DNA from: Acinetobacter phage vB_AbaSI_3
Sequence record: PQ382034.1
DNA: 64,000 bases
Direction: 5' to 3' (one strand)
Shown: piece by piece, positions 16,388-26,026 of the stretch
How the letters are laid out: each line of letters starts with the position of its first letter
Numbering within the stretch: position 1 is the stretch's first letter
Position numbers and translations under genes: made by a program
Notes under the pieces: model-generated
What the model was told of the DNA's origin: nothing
The model's database searches: none
What the model saw: only the letters and a program-made list of their open reading frames with translations

Positions 16388-17896
16388 TTATTTCATTAAT
16401 TTTTTAATCACTTCGGCATTACGTTTTGCAGCCATCATTTTCTTCTTCCATTCTTTACGTTGGAAGAACACTTTAGTAATTTCTTGTGGAATGATACCTT
16501 GCTTTGTCTTCGAATACATCATACCACTTGGCGAGCATGAGAATTCATTTGAAGGGCTCGGCGCAATCTTATTAATGAAATCGCTAAGTTTAGGCGGCGC
16601 AAATTGTCCTGCAATTGTTTCTGGGCTAATGTTTACTTGGCGAATGATTGACGGATACAGAGATGTTACGTCAAACGACAAAACATATTTGTACGCACCA
16701 GGCACAGGGTTTTTAACATATGCGCCTTCATACGGTTGTCGAACATTTGGCTTAGCTTCCGGTAAAACTAAGTGCTCGGCTTTTAATGAGTTGAAGATAA
16801 TTGCATCCCAAGTTTTCACAGGACTCATTACTGTTGCAATATTCATTCGAGCGTAATAGCCCATTGAAATTGACAGGTTGATAAATCCACGTTTTGCGTC
16901 AATTGCTTGTACACAGTACACATCGACAATGTTATATGAAATATAACGCTGGTGGTTTGATTCACGTAATTTGTCGATTGGACCGTCATATTCTAATTTG
17001 TTGATGCCGGCTTCATATTCTGCAATATAATCGAGTTTATATGATGGCTGTGAAGTAAACGCAAACTTTTTATATAAATCCATGTAATCGAGAATCATGA
17101 TTCCAGAAATATTGAAAATTTCTTTATCTCCATACATGTTTTGAATGACTTTTGACGTTACTTTACCAAAAGGACTTAAACGTTTCATGTTCGAGACACC
17201 AAGAACGTTTTTGATACGATTTACAATATATGGAATATCAAATCCTTCAACGTTCCAACCGGTGAAGATGACAGGAGTTTTTTCTTCCCATAAACGAATG
17301 TATTCTAACAGCATTTCCTTTTCTGTTTCGAATGGCATATACACAACTTTATCTAAAATATGTTGTGGAACTTCATCGCCGCCTTCATCAATTGATTTGC
17401 CTGCAAGAACCGGATCCCACTTTGAAACACGTCCACGTTGAGAGTTCAACAAGTCAAACACGTAGTATTTGTCATCAATAGAATCATAGTGTGTAATTGC
17501 ATCAATTTCATATTTTGCAAAGGTCGGATTCGGGAACTCTCCTGCTGTTACCTCGATGTCACAGTTTGCAACACGAATTGCATTTCTGCTATATGTGATG
17601 TCCTTTTTTCCATACACATCAGAAATATATGCAAGTTTGAAGTCATCCATACCTAAAATTTCTACAATTCCACGTGTCTTTTGCATCCAGTCTTTAGCTT
17701 CACGAATGGAGCTAAAACGTTTAGGAATACATGGCTTGCCATAAATGTCTTTATATTTTGATTCAACGCCTTCTTTGGCATGAATGAACAGTGTAGGCTC
17801 ATATGGAATTTCACGAACTTTTTCGACGCCATTTTCCACATAACGCTCTTGAATAAGGTCGCCAGATTGTTCAACTACTAGATAGAAATTATCCAC
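16388..17896 (-). CDS. 43A: DNA polymerase, N-terminal and 3'-5' exonuclease segment, gp43A
   Basis: Near-identical blocks to T4 gp43 residues 1-505 (DFKLAYISD, RVANCDIEVT, YEIDAITHYDSIDD, FTGWN.EGFD.PYI.NR, HQRYISYNI.DV, VMSPIKTWDAIIFNSLK, DVTSLYPSIIRQVNISPETI, GIIP.EI.KVFFQRK.WKKKM). It ends where T4 continues with KGAGSCS... Confidence 0.9.
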   Translation of the reverse strand: MDNFYLVVEQSGDLIQERYVENGVEKVREIPYEPTLFIHAKEGVESKYKDIYGKPCIPKRFSSIREAKDWMQKTRGIVEILGMDDFKLAYISDVYGKKDITYSRNAIRVANCDIEVTAGEFPNPTFAKYEIDAITHYDSIDDKYYVFDLLNSQRGRVSKWDPVLAGKSIDEGGDEVPQHILDKVVYMPFETEKEMLLEYIRLWEEKTPVIFTGWNVEGFDIPYIVNRIKNVLGVSNMKRLSPFGKVTSKVIQNMYGDKEIFNISGIMILDYMDLYKKFAFTSQPSYKLDYIAEYEAGINKLEYDGPIDKLRESNHQRYISYNIVDVYCVQAIDAKRGFINLSISMGYYARMNIATVMSPVKTWDAIIFNSLKAEHLVLPEAKPNVRQPYEGAYVKNPVPGAYKYVLSFDVTSLYPSIIRQVNISPETIAGQFAPPKLSDFINKIAPSPSNEFSCSPSGMMYSKTKQGIIPQEITKVFFQRKEWKKKMMAAKRNAEVIKKLMK

Positions 17897-17925
17897 GTTA
17901 TCTCCTTGGTAGGGTATTTTGTATC

Positions 17926-17934
17926 ATTATAACA
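17926..17934 (-). promoter_or_regulatory. early promoter, extended -10 (TGTTATAAT) upstream of 43A
   Basis: The reverse complement of attataaca lies 30 nt upstream of the 17896 start. Confidence 0.4.
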
Positions 17935-17972
17935 CCACAAAAGAGGAAGCTAACTCCCTCTTTTATTTTAAA

Positions 17973-18206
17973 TTACTTAGATTCAACAACTGTAGTCTTT
18001 GTCATTTCTTCGCGAGGTATCCAAGTGTTCTTGCCAGTTTTGACATAACATCCGGTGATAAAACTATATTTGGTTTGACGACCTGTAATAGATTCATAAC
18101 TGTTACATTTAACATAACCACTTACCGTATTGTATGTTAAGCCTACTACAACAATAACACAGACGATAATAACAGAGAATACGAGTTCAGTTAAATTATT
18201 ACTCAT
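17973..18206 (-). CDS. small membrane protein (77 aa)
   Basis: TM segment LTELVFSVIIVCVIVVVGLTY; sits between regA and 43A. Confidence 0.4.
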   Translation of the reverse strand: MSNNLTELVFSVIIVCVIVVVGLTYNTVSGYVKCNSYESITGRQTKYSFITGCYVKTGKNTWIPREEMTKTTVVESK

Positions 18207-18589
18207 TATGCACCTACGACATATTTTGATTTAAGAGTCCACTCAGCTTTCTGTGCAGCTTTGATAACACGGAAATTGTTAGTAACTTCAATTTCAGGTG
18301 GGACATATTCAACCTCAATAAGTCCCCATGCTTCAAGTGTCTTAGCGATAGAAACGGTACGTTGAACATCTTCATCACTAATATTAACTACTTTACCATC
18401 GAGGCGCATCATATCTTTAAAATGAACGATGTACATTTGATCAGCGCCAGTTTGCGGAGACTGCTTCTTCAAAATATGGCAGGATTGATAAAGTACTTTA
18501 TCTCGTTGGTTAGCGATACCCATACGAGTCAAAGTTTCTTTAACTTTAAGAAAATTTTCTGGGTGTACCAATTTAATAGGGATCATCAT
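18206..18589 (-). CDS. regA: RegA translational repressor
   Basis: FLKVKETLTRMGIAN..DKVLYQSCHIL.K matches T4 RegA; correct size (127 aa) and position (62-regA-43). Confidence 0.85.
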   Translation of the reverse strand: MMIPIKLVHPENFLKVKETLTRMGIANQRDKVLYQSCHILKKQSPQTGADQMYIVHFKDMMRLDGKVVNISDEDVQRTVSIAKTLEAWGLIEVEYVPPEIEVTNNFRVIKAAQKAEWTLKSKYVVGA

Positions 18590-19155
18590 AGCTGCTTCAA
18601 CTCTTTAATTTCTTTAGGATTTTTAGTGATAGATTTAAGGAATTCATCTGTTGCTAACGCTTTAGCCTCTCTAAGAACTGTTTGCAATTTGCCTTTTCGT
18701 TCAAGCAATTGACGATAGTCGTAGGCAACCTGTGAATTCACTTTATAGTAAGCCATAAGAAGCTTGAGTATGTATTGATCTTTAATACTTTCATCTAACT
18801 TTAGCGATTTAGAAAATCGTCGTCCATACGGAATAAGGTTCATCAAATAATTATGATGCGCTTGATCTGGCAATGAACTTAACATTAAATTAGCATTGTA
18901 CACAGTAGTCAAGCAATCCATATGCTGGCTTAACATATTATCAATCATGAATTTTGAATAGCTTTCAAATTGACTGACATTCAATTCACCCTTTACAGAG
19001 TTGATGTTATTAAGAATCACAAAGAGTTCATTTTCAGGTTTCTCTTTATATTCTTCAATAAGTTTTTTAACCGTGTCCCAGTCTTTATTAGCCCAGGCTG
19101 CCTGATGTGGATTTAGAACTTCCTCATCATCGTCAAATAAACATATCATGCTCAT
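18586..19155 (-). CDS. 62: clamp-loader small subunit gp62
   Basis: Size (189 aa vs T4's 187) and conserved position between gp44 and regA. Confidence 0.7.
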   Translation of the reverse strand: MSMICLFDDDEEVLNPHQAAWANKDWDTVKKLIEEYKEKPENELFVILNNINSVKGELNVSQFESYSKFMIDNMLSQHMDCLTTVYNANLMLSSLPDQAHHNYLMNLIPYGRRFSKSLKLDESIKDQYILKLLMAYYKVNSQVAYDYRQLLERKGKLQTVLREAKALATDEFLKSITKNPKEIKELKQL

Positions 19156-19184
19156 TTTAATTTACTCACTTAAATTTTAAGGCT

Positions 19185-19193
19185 ATTATATCA
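19185..19193 (-). promoter_or_regulatory. early promoter, extended -10 (TGATATAAT)
   Basis: The reverse complement of attatatca lies within a ggctattat...ataatagcc palindrome upstream of gp62. Confidence 0.4.
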
Positions 19194-19216
19194 CATAATA
19201 GCCTAAATTGATAACC

Positions 19217-20197
19217 TTATTTTACCCATTTCATCTCTTTGAGGAGTTGAACAAATAAGTACATCAAATGAATTTCTGGATTTGCTGCAATCCCATGCAT
19301 TTGATTGTTTTCACCTACAAGTTCATATAAACGAAGAACCGAAACACGATCTACGCGGGTGTATAACTCATCAATAAGTTTCTCAATGAATACTGCATAA
19401 TCCGGTGCATATTTCTTTGCAAGCTTGCGAAGTTCTGCAAATTCACCTTTTTGTCCATTTGCTCCTAACGCAGTTATAACATCATCAATCGAACTTCGAG
19501 ATTCCATGACCATAGACAGAATGCCTTGATCAATAATACCATTTGTTGAATAGTGGTCTAAATCACTAATTGTTTTACGAAAATCTGGGAAGTTTTTCTT
19601 GACTAATGCTGCAATAACGGTCGGAGTTTCGACTTTAATATTTTCATTTTTGCAGATTTCAATGCAACGAACTACCATTTGACGCATCATATTTGTTACG
19701 TCTTCACCTATCGGTGCACCGAACTTAATGACCTTTGCACGAGATTTTATTGGGCGAGAAATGCCATCGAGATTGTTTGCGGTAATAATCACAGAACAAT
19801 TCTTTGCATAAGCTTCCATGAATGAACGCAAGTATCGTTGTGCTTCAGCTAATTGAGGTCTATCAAACTCATCAAGAATAATGACTTTTGGCTTACCTTC
19901 AATTGATTTTGATGTTGCAAACCGAGTTAATTCATTTTTGACAAAATCGATGCCAATACCTGAACCATTGACAAAAATATATTCTGCACCAATGTCATTA
20001 CACAATGCCATAGCTACGGTAGTTTTACCAGTCCCAGGAGAATTTGATTGAAGGACTAAATGTGGCAGTTTGCCTTTAGCCACTAATCCTTTGAAAATAT
20101 CTTTATCTGCTTGAGGTAAAATACATTCATCCAAAGTAGTTGGACGATATTTTAATTCAAACATGTGTTCACGTTCATTAACTGATAAAGCTGTCAT
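19217..20197 (-). CDS. 44: clamp-loader ATPase gp44 (RFC-like AAA+)
   Basis: Walker A SPGTGKTT, a DEFD box, and size (326 aa vs T4's 319). Confidence 0.85.
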   Translation of the reverse strand: MTALSVNEREHMFELKYRPTTLDECILPQADKDIFKGLVAKGKLPHLVLQSNSPGTGKTTVAMALCNDIGAEYIFVNGSGIGIDFVKNELTRFATSKSIEGKPKVIILDEFDRPQLAEAQRYLRSFMEAYAKNCSVIITANNLDGISRPIKSRAKVIKFGAPIGEDVTNMMRQMVVRCIEICKNENIKVETPTVIAALVKKNFPDFRKTISDLDHYSTNGIIDQGILSMVMESRSSIDDVITALGANGQKGEFAELRKLAKKYAPDYAVFIEKLIDELYTRVDRVSVLRLYELVGENNQMHGIAANPEIHLMYLFVQLLKEMKWVK

Positions 20198-20227
20198 AAT
20201 ATTTCTCTCTAATTCAATTCAAAGGAT

Positions 20228-20243
20228 TGGGCCCGAAGGCCCA
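20228..20243. terminator. GC hairpin tgggcccgaaggccca
   Basis: A perfect stem with a gaag loop between gp45 and gp44. Confidence 0.4.
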
Positions 20244-20248
20244 TACAA

Positions 20249-20938
20249 TTAAAAGTTATGTGTAGACCCATCTTCTACTGAAAGTACATAACTTGATTGA
20301 GTGCCAGCAAATTTAACTGCAAACTTTTCACCAACAGCCCATAGCTTAACTCTATAATCATCTGGCAATAATTTCATGTTTTGAATATGAAGAATGAATT
20401 TGAATTCTTTATCACCAGTATAATCTGCAACATCGAATGTTGATAATGGCTTTTCAAAATTAGGATCAATTTCTTTGTTGTATGTTTTGAATACAACTTT
20501 GCCATTTGCATTTTCGATTGTTAGAGTGGTTGCACCGAGTCCGTGAGAGATTTTCATCAATTGTTTGTAATCGTCACCGCTAAGATCAAATTCAACTGAT
20601 GCTTCTGGGAATTTAATCGCTTTCTTTGGATAAACAATTGCTGATGGATCTGCTGCTGGCCATGTAATAACTGAACGTTTGCCTTTAATAAGAATTTCAT
20701 CGCCGTTTGATGTGATTTCTGAATCTTCACCCGATAGAGATAAAATACCTAAGAATGCATTCAAATCATAAATTGCAACGTTAAATTCAATTTCTTCACC
20801 TGGAGGCAATGTAGTTTCACCATAAGTTGCACCGGATGCAGAACGGGTCATTACAAAATCGCCGGCTTGAAAGTAAATTCCTGAGTTAATTGTTGCAAAG
20901 TTTTTAAGGATTGACACAAACTGTTTAGAAAATTTCAT
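20249..20938 (-). CDS. 45: sliding clamp gp45
   Basis: Strong identity to T4 gp45 (LKNFATINSGI, VAIYDLN.FLGILSL, WPAADPS, ending STH.F); 229 aa. Confidence 0.9.
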   Translation of the reverse strand: MKFSKQFVSILKNFATINSGIYFQAGDFVMTRSASGATYGETTLPPGEEIEFNVAIYDLNAFLGILSLSGEDSEITSNGDEILIKGKRSVITWPAADPSAIVYPKKAIKFPEASVEFDLSGDDYKQLMKISHGLGATTLTIENANGKVVFKTYNKEIDPNFEKPLSTFDVADYTGDKEFKFILHIQNMKLLPDDYRVKLWAVGEKFAVKFAGTQSSYVLSVEDGSTHNF

Positions 20939-20962
20939 AATTACCTCTTAATTGTCTTTAAA

Positions 20963-20971
20963 ATTATATCA
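20963..20971 (-). promoter_or_regulatory. early promoter, extended -10 (TGATATAAT) upstream of gp45
   Basis: The reverse complement of attatatca lies 25 nt upstream of the gp45 ATG. Confidence 0.4.
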
Positions 20972-20976
20972 CATCA

Positions 20977-21351
20977 TTATGCTTTAGCTTGTGCTTCACG
21001 TTGTGCAAAACGTTCAATAAAGATTTGAGCAGCTTGGATAAGTAATTCATCTGGGTCTTGGCAATATGCATCTTCAAGGCGTTTCACACCATCGATTCGA
21101 ACTTCTTTAGCACCTTGTTCACCGGCACGTTTATTTGCATTGGCCATCATATTGACCCAGATTTCATTAACTTCTTTATCAAATGAAACATATAGCTGGC
21201 GTTTGACTTCGCCTGGGAAATGTGAGAACTTAGCTTTAACTTCGTCTGGCATTTGTAAAGACCATGCTTTACGAATACGATTATCAGCTGATTCACCACG
21301 AGAATGTTTAGGTTGCAAGTCATTAACCGTAATTTCTTTAAAATTTAACAT
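20977..21351 (-). CDS. hypothetical protein (124 aa) in the rpbA-equivalent position
   Basis: It lies between gp45 and gp46, where T4 has rpbA / 45.2. Identity was not verified. Confidence 0.4.
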   Translation of the reverse strand: MLNFKEITVNDLQPKHSRGESADNRIRKAWSLQMPDEVKAKFSHFPGEVKRQLYVSFDKEVNEIWVNMMANANKRAGEQGAKEVRIDGVKRLEDAYCQDPDELLIQAAQIFIERFAQREAQAKA

Positions 21352-21385
21352 AATGTATTACCTTGTATCATTTGATGAATGTATT

Positions 21386-21622
21386 TTAAATCAAATTATT
21401 GAAAGCACCAATAATTTGATTTTGGTTGTGTGGATCATATGTATTTTCAATAACAGTCCACGCCGGGCTCCGATTGGACATGATTTTCATACGCGTAGTT
21501 TCATCAGGAAATGCCTGAACTAGCTGTGCTTCTGTGACAACTAGTTCAGCGCCTGTGTATAGATTAATCAATGTCCATGTAGGAATTTCAGGATATGTTA
21601 TTATATCACTAAATGGTTCCAT
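21386..21622 (-). CDS. hypothetical protein (78 aa)
   Basis: ORF track entry. Confidence 0.4.
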   Translation of the reverse strand: MEPFSDIITYPEIPTWTLINLYTGAELVVTEAQLVQAFPDETTRMKIMSNRSPAWTVIENTYDPHNQNQIIGAFNNLI

Positions 21623-21631
21623 TGTACACCT

Positions 21632-21832
21632 TTAATTTACACAAATTACTCGTTGACCACATTCATCGAATGCTTCTTCTATAGGATCCCACTTGCAAAC
21701 TGATGGTCTGAAGTGGACTTCTTTAACTACATTGCCTTCGTCATCCGATGCCGAAACTATTTTGCAATTCAATAATTCGGGGTCATTTTTAACAAGTCTA
21801 TTTAGATGGTTCAAATATTGCTTAAGATTCAT
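21632..21832 (-). CDS. hypothetical protein (66 aa)
   Basis: ORF track entry. Confidence 0.35.
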   Translation of the reverse strand: MNLKQYLNHLNRLVKNDPELLNCKIVSASDDEGNVVKEVHFRPSVCKWDPIEEAFDECGQRVICVN

Positions 21833-22026
21833 ATGCCTTTAATCTCTTCATACGGATTTTTGTCTTGCGGATGACACTCAATAAAGAGTTCCCAGTGTTG
21901 TCTAACTTTATGCATCCACTTTTCATAATCACCTAGATTGCGATCGTTAAAATCATGTATGGCTCCATCTAGACAATATAGCATATCTTCTAGAACTTCT
22001 TGGCATTCAGGTGTTAACTTTTTCAT
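21829..22026 (-). CDS. hypothetical protein (65 aa)
   Basis: ORF track entry; overlaps its neighbours at stop/start. Confidence 0.35.
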   Translation of the reverse strand: MKKLTPECQEVLEDMLYCLDGAIHDFNDRNLGDYEKWMHKVRQHWELFIECHPQDKNPYEEIKGI

Positions 22027-23708
22027 GATACCTCCATTACAGTAAAACGTCCAACTTTCTTCATTTGAAGATGTTGCCCATAATCTTGCGGGTTATGATC
22101 TCGATGGCTGATAATAAACACATTTGAATCAGGCATATTATTCAAGATAGTAGTGACAGATTTTGTGGCGGATGCATCGAAGGCACCGTCAAAGATTTCA
22201 TCTAAAAAGAGGCATGAGATTTTGATGCCAGATATTTTTTCGGCAATATCTCGCCATGTAAACATCAATGCCAGATCAATTCGTCCTTTTTCACCTTGCG
22301 AGAATGATGCGTATGAAAAATCTTCTCGACCACGAGATTTAATAGTTTCAGAAAATTCTTCATTTAATGTGAACGAATAGTCTGCTTCCATCATCGCCAA
22401 ATACGAATTGATTTGTTTGTTGAAAATAGGGATGTATTTTTTGATGATGGACCCTTTAATGCCAGAATCTTTTAACATTTCAGTGATGACTGTTCGACGT
22501 TGCTTGTCAATGACAAGTGCACTTTTTCGTTGAATCACATCAGACAATTCATCTTTGAGGCGTTGAACTTCAGATGTGTTGTCTACAAAATCCTTTTTGG
22601 CTTCTTCAAGCGCGGCATTGACTTTTTTAATACGTTCTATTTGTTGAAGCGCTAATTGGCGATTAGTTGCAATTTTATTTTCTAAGCCACGTATAACTTC
22701 TTTGGCATTCAAATATGCAACCTTACGATCATGTATCTCTTTGTGGATTTCCTTGAGGCGCTCAAGTTCTGCACTGAGTGTGAGTTTAGAGTCTTCGATT
22801 TTTTCCACTAATGAGTTGTCTGAAAGCAATTGAAGGCATGTAGGACATGATCCGCCGCCTTCATACAATTTCAATACGCGTAAGGTCGAATTGAGTTCAC
22901 TTTCAGCTTGAACGATAGCTCGATGAGAATTATGAGACTCTTCACTCGGGTCATCGCCTAGTTCTATGGCTAAAATTTGCTCATTGTACGATTGATTTTG
23001 TGCTTTAATCTTGTCTACTTCGGCCACAGCTTCATCTTTCATAGCTTCCAAACGAGTGATGTTATCACCAGATAGTTTTTGCTGACGCTCATTCGCTGCA
23101 ATAAGAGTTTGAATTTGTGTTTGAAGATGCGTAATTGTCAATTCGGTTTTCGATAATTCAGCATTAATGTTACGAATTTCATCCTTATTGAGCTTGTCCA
23201 TGTCAGCAAGAATTGACACTTCTAATAGGTCTTCAACAAGTTTACGGCGAGCACCAGTAGATAGGCTCATAAATGGTGTGTAACCTGCAGTACCGAGAAC
23301 TACAACCTGCTTGTATGAGTTATAGTTCATCCCAATCATTTCTTCAAATTCGCTTTGGAAATCTTTAGCGCTTGCTGCAACATCGAGCGGCTTACCATCT
23401 TTATATACTTCGAAGATATTTGGCTTGATGCCACGTTTGATGTAATATTCATGATTGTTGTACTCTAATAACAATTTAACCAATAGGCCCTTTTTGTTAG
23501 TTGAGTTAAGTAATTGTCCCTTTTTGATGTCACGAAATGGTTTACCAAACAATGCAAATGTAATGGCCTCGAGAAGTGTAGACTTCCCTCCGCCATTTGG
23601 ACCTGTGATAAGAGTTTTATGAACCTTATCCAATTGAATGAATATTGAATTGTCACCGACCGACATAATATTACAATATTCAATTTCTTTAAGTTTAAAC
23701 GTTTTCAT
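22023..23708 (-). CDS. 46: recombination endonuclease subunit gp46 (SbcC/Rad50-like ATPase)
   Basis: Walker A GPNGGGKST, a long central coiled coil, a C-terminal signature/D-loop region, and size (561 aa vs T4's 560). Confidence 0.85.
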   Translation of the reverse strand: MKTFKLKEIEYCNIMSVGDNSIFIQLDKVHKTLITGPNGGGKSTLLEAITFALFGKPFRDIKKGQLLNSTNKKGLLVKLLLEYNNHEYYIKRGIKPNIFEVYKDGKPLDVAASAKDFQSEFEEMIGMNYNSYKQVVVLGTAGYTPFMSLSTGARRKLVEDLLEVSILADMDKLNKDEIRNINAELSKTELTITHLQTQIQTLIAANERQQKLSGDNITRLEAMKDEAVAEVDKIKAQNQSYNEQILAIELGDDPSEESHNSHRAIVQAESELNSTLRVLKLYEGGGSCPTCLQLLSDNSLVEKIEDSKLTLSAELERLKEIHKEIHDRKVAYLNAKEVIRGLENKIATNRQLALQQIERIKKVNAALEEAKKDFVDNTSEVQRLKDELSDVIQRKSALVIDKQRRTVITEMLKDSGIKGSIIKKYIPIFNKQINSYLAMMEADYSFTLNEEFSETIKSRGREDFSYASFSQGEKGRIDLALMFTWRDIAEKISGIKISCLFLDEIFDGAFDASATKSVTTILNNMPDSNVFIISHRDHNPQDYGQHLQMKKVGRFTVMEVS

Positions 23709-24322
23709 TTAAGACCCTTTGGTATAGCGTATGCACCTGAATGAATGTCTAAGTATATAGAACGTGTAGCGCTCTGTATTTCAGGTGACACTGAGCCTGA
23801 AATAGAGTCATAAATTGATGCATAGTAATGTTTTCTTGCTTTAATTATATCACGAATCTGATAAAGCGAGATAGGTTTATAGTCGGTGTTTTCTAACGAT
23901 GTATTGACATAACGACAATCATCTAAAGTGGCAAAATGAACATGACCATGGATATTAATCTTTCCACGTAGTTCTGTCGGATGTAGTGGTGCATGAGACA
24001 ACCAAAACTCTTTGTACTTACGCAATGCTGCTACTTCATCAAATGTTTCACAAAGTTGTTGCATTGTCAAATTATCGGTGTCATGATTTCCACAAATAAG
24101 AATCTTTTTGCCTGGCCATTTAGCGATTTGACGTGCACGTTCCAATGAAAATACTGCATCGCCTGTAAAGTAACAGACATCTCGTTTTGTTACTGCGTTA
24201 TAGTATTCACGCTCAACATGTTCGAAATGGTCTTGTTCGTCACGAAATTGAGTGCGATATTTTGCGATAGCTTTATGTCCTGCATGCAAGTCGCCATAAA
24301 ATAATACGTTAGCCATTACCAT
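23705..24322 (-). CDS. calcineurin-like metallophosphoesterase (205 aa) inserted between gp47 and gp46
   Basis: Motifs GDLHAGH, GDAV, GNHD and HGHVH are present. This is not the Mre11-like gp47, which follows at 24570. Confidence 0.6.
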   Translation of the reverse strand: MVMANVLFYGDLHAGHKAIAKYRTQFRDEQDHFEHVEREYYNAVTKRDVCYFTGDAVFSLERARQIAKWPGKKILICGNHDTDNLTMQQLCETFDEVAALRKYKEFWLSHAPLHPTELRGKINIHGHVHFATLDDCRYVNTSLENTDYKPISLYQIRDIIKARKHYYASIYDSISGSVSPEIQSATRSIYLDIHSGAYAIPKGLK

Positions 24323-24573
24323 TCTCCAGGTGGAAGTTCTTCACCGATATTTGCATCTATAACTGAATCGACTGCTGCCTCTACTTGATGAGGATATAAA
24401 CGCATTGAACGCCCAGTCTCTTCGCATGTAATTGTAAGTTGTCCGACTTTGCCTCCTTTACGAGTAACAAGATATTCAATCTTGAATCGAGCAGGATATT
24501 CAGATGCTAGATTAAACATAATGTGTTTTGTCTTTGGTTTCTCGTTGACCAATAGAACATTTTTCAATTTCAT
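24316..24573 (-). CDS. hypothetical protein (85 aa)
   Basis: ORF track entry. Confidence 0.4.
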   Translation of the reverse strand: MKLKNVLLVNEKPKTKHIMFNLASEYPARFKIEYLVTRKGGKVGQLTITCEETGRSMRLYPHQVEAAVDSVIDANIGEELPPGEW

Positions 24574-25580
24574 TTTGAAGCCTCCAGATATAACAATTTT
24601 GACATATCTTTGATTGCAGCTGCATCTTCGGATGTTAAGTCTTCAATCGATTCAACATATTCATCGATAAGTTCAGATAATGACTTTACTTCAGTTGTGT
24701 CTTCCTCTTCAATAACTGCACTTGTATCTACTCGGTTGACCACTTTAAGTTCATGAACTACATTTTCTAATGCAGTTTCAAATGCAGCTAATTGTTTATC
24801 TACTTTAGTGACATACAATCTAACTGATAGATTTTTATAGATTTCAGGATTTATTTGGGTAGGATAATCGATACGTCTGTGCCACATAGTATTGTTCTGA
24901 ATGAATTTTGATTCTTCAGTATCTGAATCAAATTCCCAGAATCCACGTGGATCATTTTCATCACCTGCTGTCAGTGACCATGGTGTCCCGATATATGTTA
25001 CATTTTTATTTTCAGAAATTGTATGGAAATGCCCAGACCAAACACGCTTATATGACTTCAAGAAATCAGGTTCTTCACCATGAGATTCCATACCTTTGTA
25101 GAAATAGAACCCATTGAGTTCAAAATGCCCCATGCAATATTTCGATTTAGATGCCTTAATAAATTTTAAAATTTCTTCTCGATTCTCTTCACAGATCCAA
25201 GGCACCATATCAATCTCTACGCCTAAATCTATAGTTGTAGGAGAACTAATGACTGTGAAATTTTCAAATTGTGTCAATAATTCGTCACATGCATTAGGGA
25301 AGATAGTATTTTTAAATGTTGCATCATGGTTACCGACAATAACATAAACTTTAATGCCAGCATTAAGAATCTCTTGGCAAATTTTTCTGTTGAAATTCAT
25401 TGTCTTATGTGTGATTGCCTTACGAACATCAAACCAATCGCCAGCCTGCAACCAAGTTGTTATTCCTCTAGATTTAGAGTAATCAATGGCCTGTCTAATT
25501 CCTTGCAATTGGATATTCTGGATCCATGGATCATCTTGACGAACACCAATATGCAAGTCTCCTAATTTCAAAAATTTCAT
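24570..25580 (-). CDS. 47: recombination nuclease subunit gp47 (SbcD/Mre11-like)
   Basis: LGDLHIG phosphoesterase motif I, GNHD, and size (336 aa vs T4's 339). Confidence 0.85.
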   Translation of the reverse strand: MKFLKLGDLHIGVRQDDPWIQNIQLQGIRQAIDYSKSRGITTWLQAGDWFDVRKAITHKTMNFNRKICQEILNAGIKVYVIVGNHDATFKNTIFPNACDELLTQFENFTVISSPTTIDLGVEIDMVPWICEENREEILKFIKASKSKYCMGHFELNGFYFYKGMESHGEEPDFLKSYKRVWSGHFHTISENKNVTYIGTPWSLTAGDENDPRGFWEFDSDTEESKFIQNNTMWHRRIDYPTQINPEIYKNLSVRLYVTKVDKQLAAFETALENVVHELKVVNRVDTSAVIEEEDTTEVKSLSELIDEYVESIEDLTSEDAAAIKDMSKLLYLEASK

Positions 25581-25642
25581 ATGAATACCTTATCTAATCT
25601 ATGGATCTATTATATATCATATAGCATGCATAGTAAACAACA

Positions 25643-25660
25643 AAGGGACCGAAGTCCCTT
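25643..25660. terminator. GC hairpin aagggaccgaagtccctt
   Basis: A perfect stem with a gaag loop. Confidence 0.4.
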
Positions 25661-25663
25661 AAA

Positions 25664-26026
25664 TTATTTTTGTTCTAGTTTAGCGGCTTTGTGAGCTATA
25701 TCCAACATCGCTTCGCGAGAAGAGTTCCACATTGCAAGAATTAATTCATCATTATATGGCTGACGATAGAACTTACGAAGTTTTTTAATTGCATAAGAAT
25801 ACCCAGTGAAATTATTTGTAATTAGACATTCACCTGCATGTTTTTTGAGGCGTTCTAATTCCTTTTTGTTACGTTTAATTAATTTCTGCGCACGTTTTTG
25901 TGCTTGAGCTTCAATGCGTCTCTGAATTTTCTCTGCATCATATTCATCTATAACTGAGCCTAAGAATTCGTCATCATGTTCAACAGTTTCAGATTCGATA
26001 AATAGCTGTTCGATATTAGCTTCCAT
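25664..26026 (-). CDS. hypothetical basic coiled-coil protein (120 aa)
   Basis: ORF track entry. Confidence 0.45.
   Translation of the reverse strand: MEANIEQLFIESETVEHDDEFLGSVIDEYDAEKIQRRIEAQAQKRAQKLIKRNKKELERLKKHAGECLITNNFTGYSYAIKKLRKFYRQPYNDELILAMWNSSREAMLDIAHKAAKLEQK

Noticed and set aside
16491-17744. Plus-strand ORFs inside gene 43A (16491..16856, 17145..17441, 17438..17656, 17556..17744)
   Set aside because: They are antisense to a highly conserved polymerase coding sequence and are frame artefacts of the AT-rich third-position bias.
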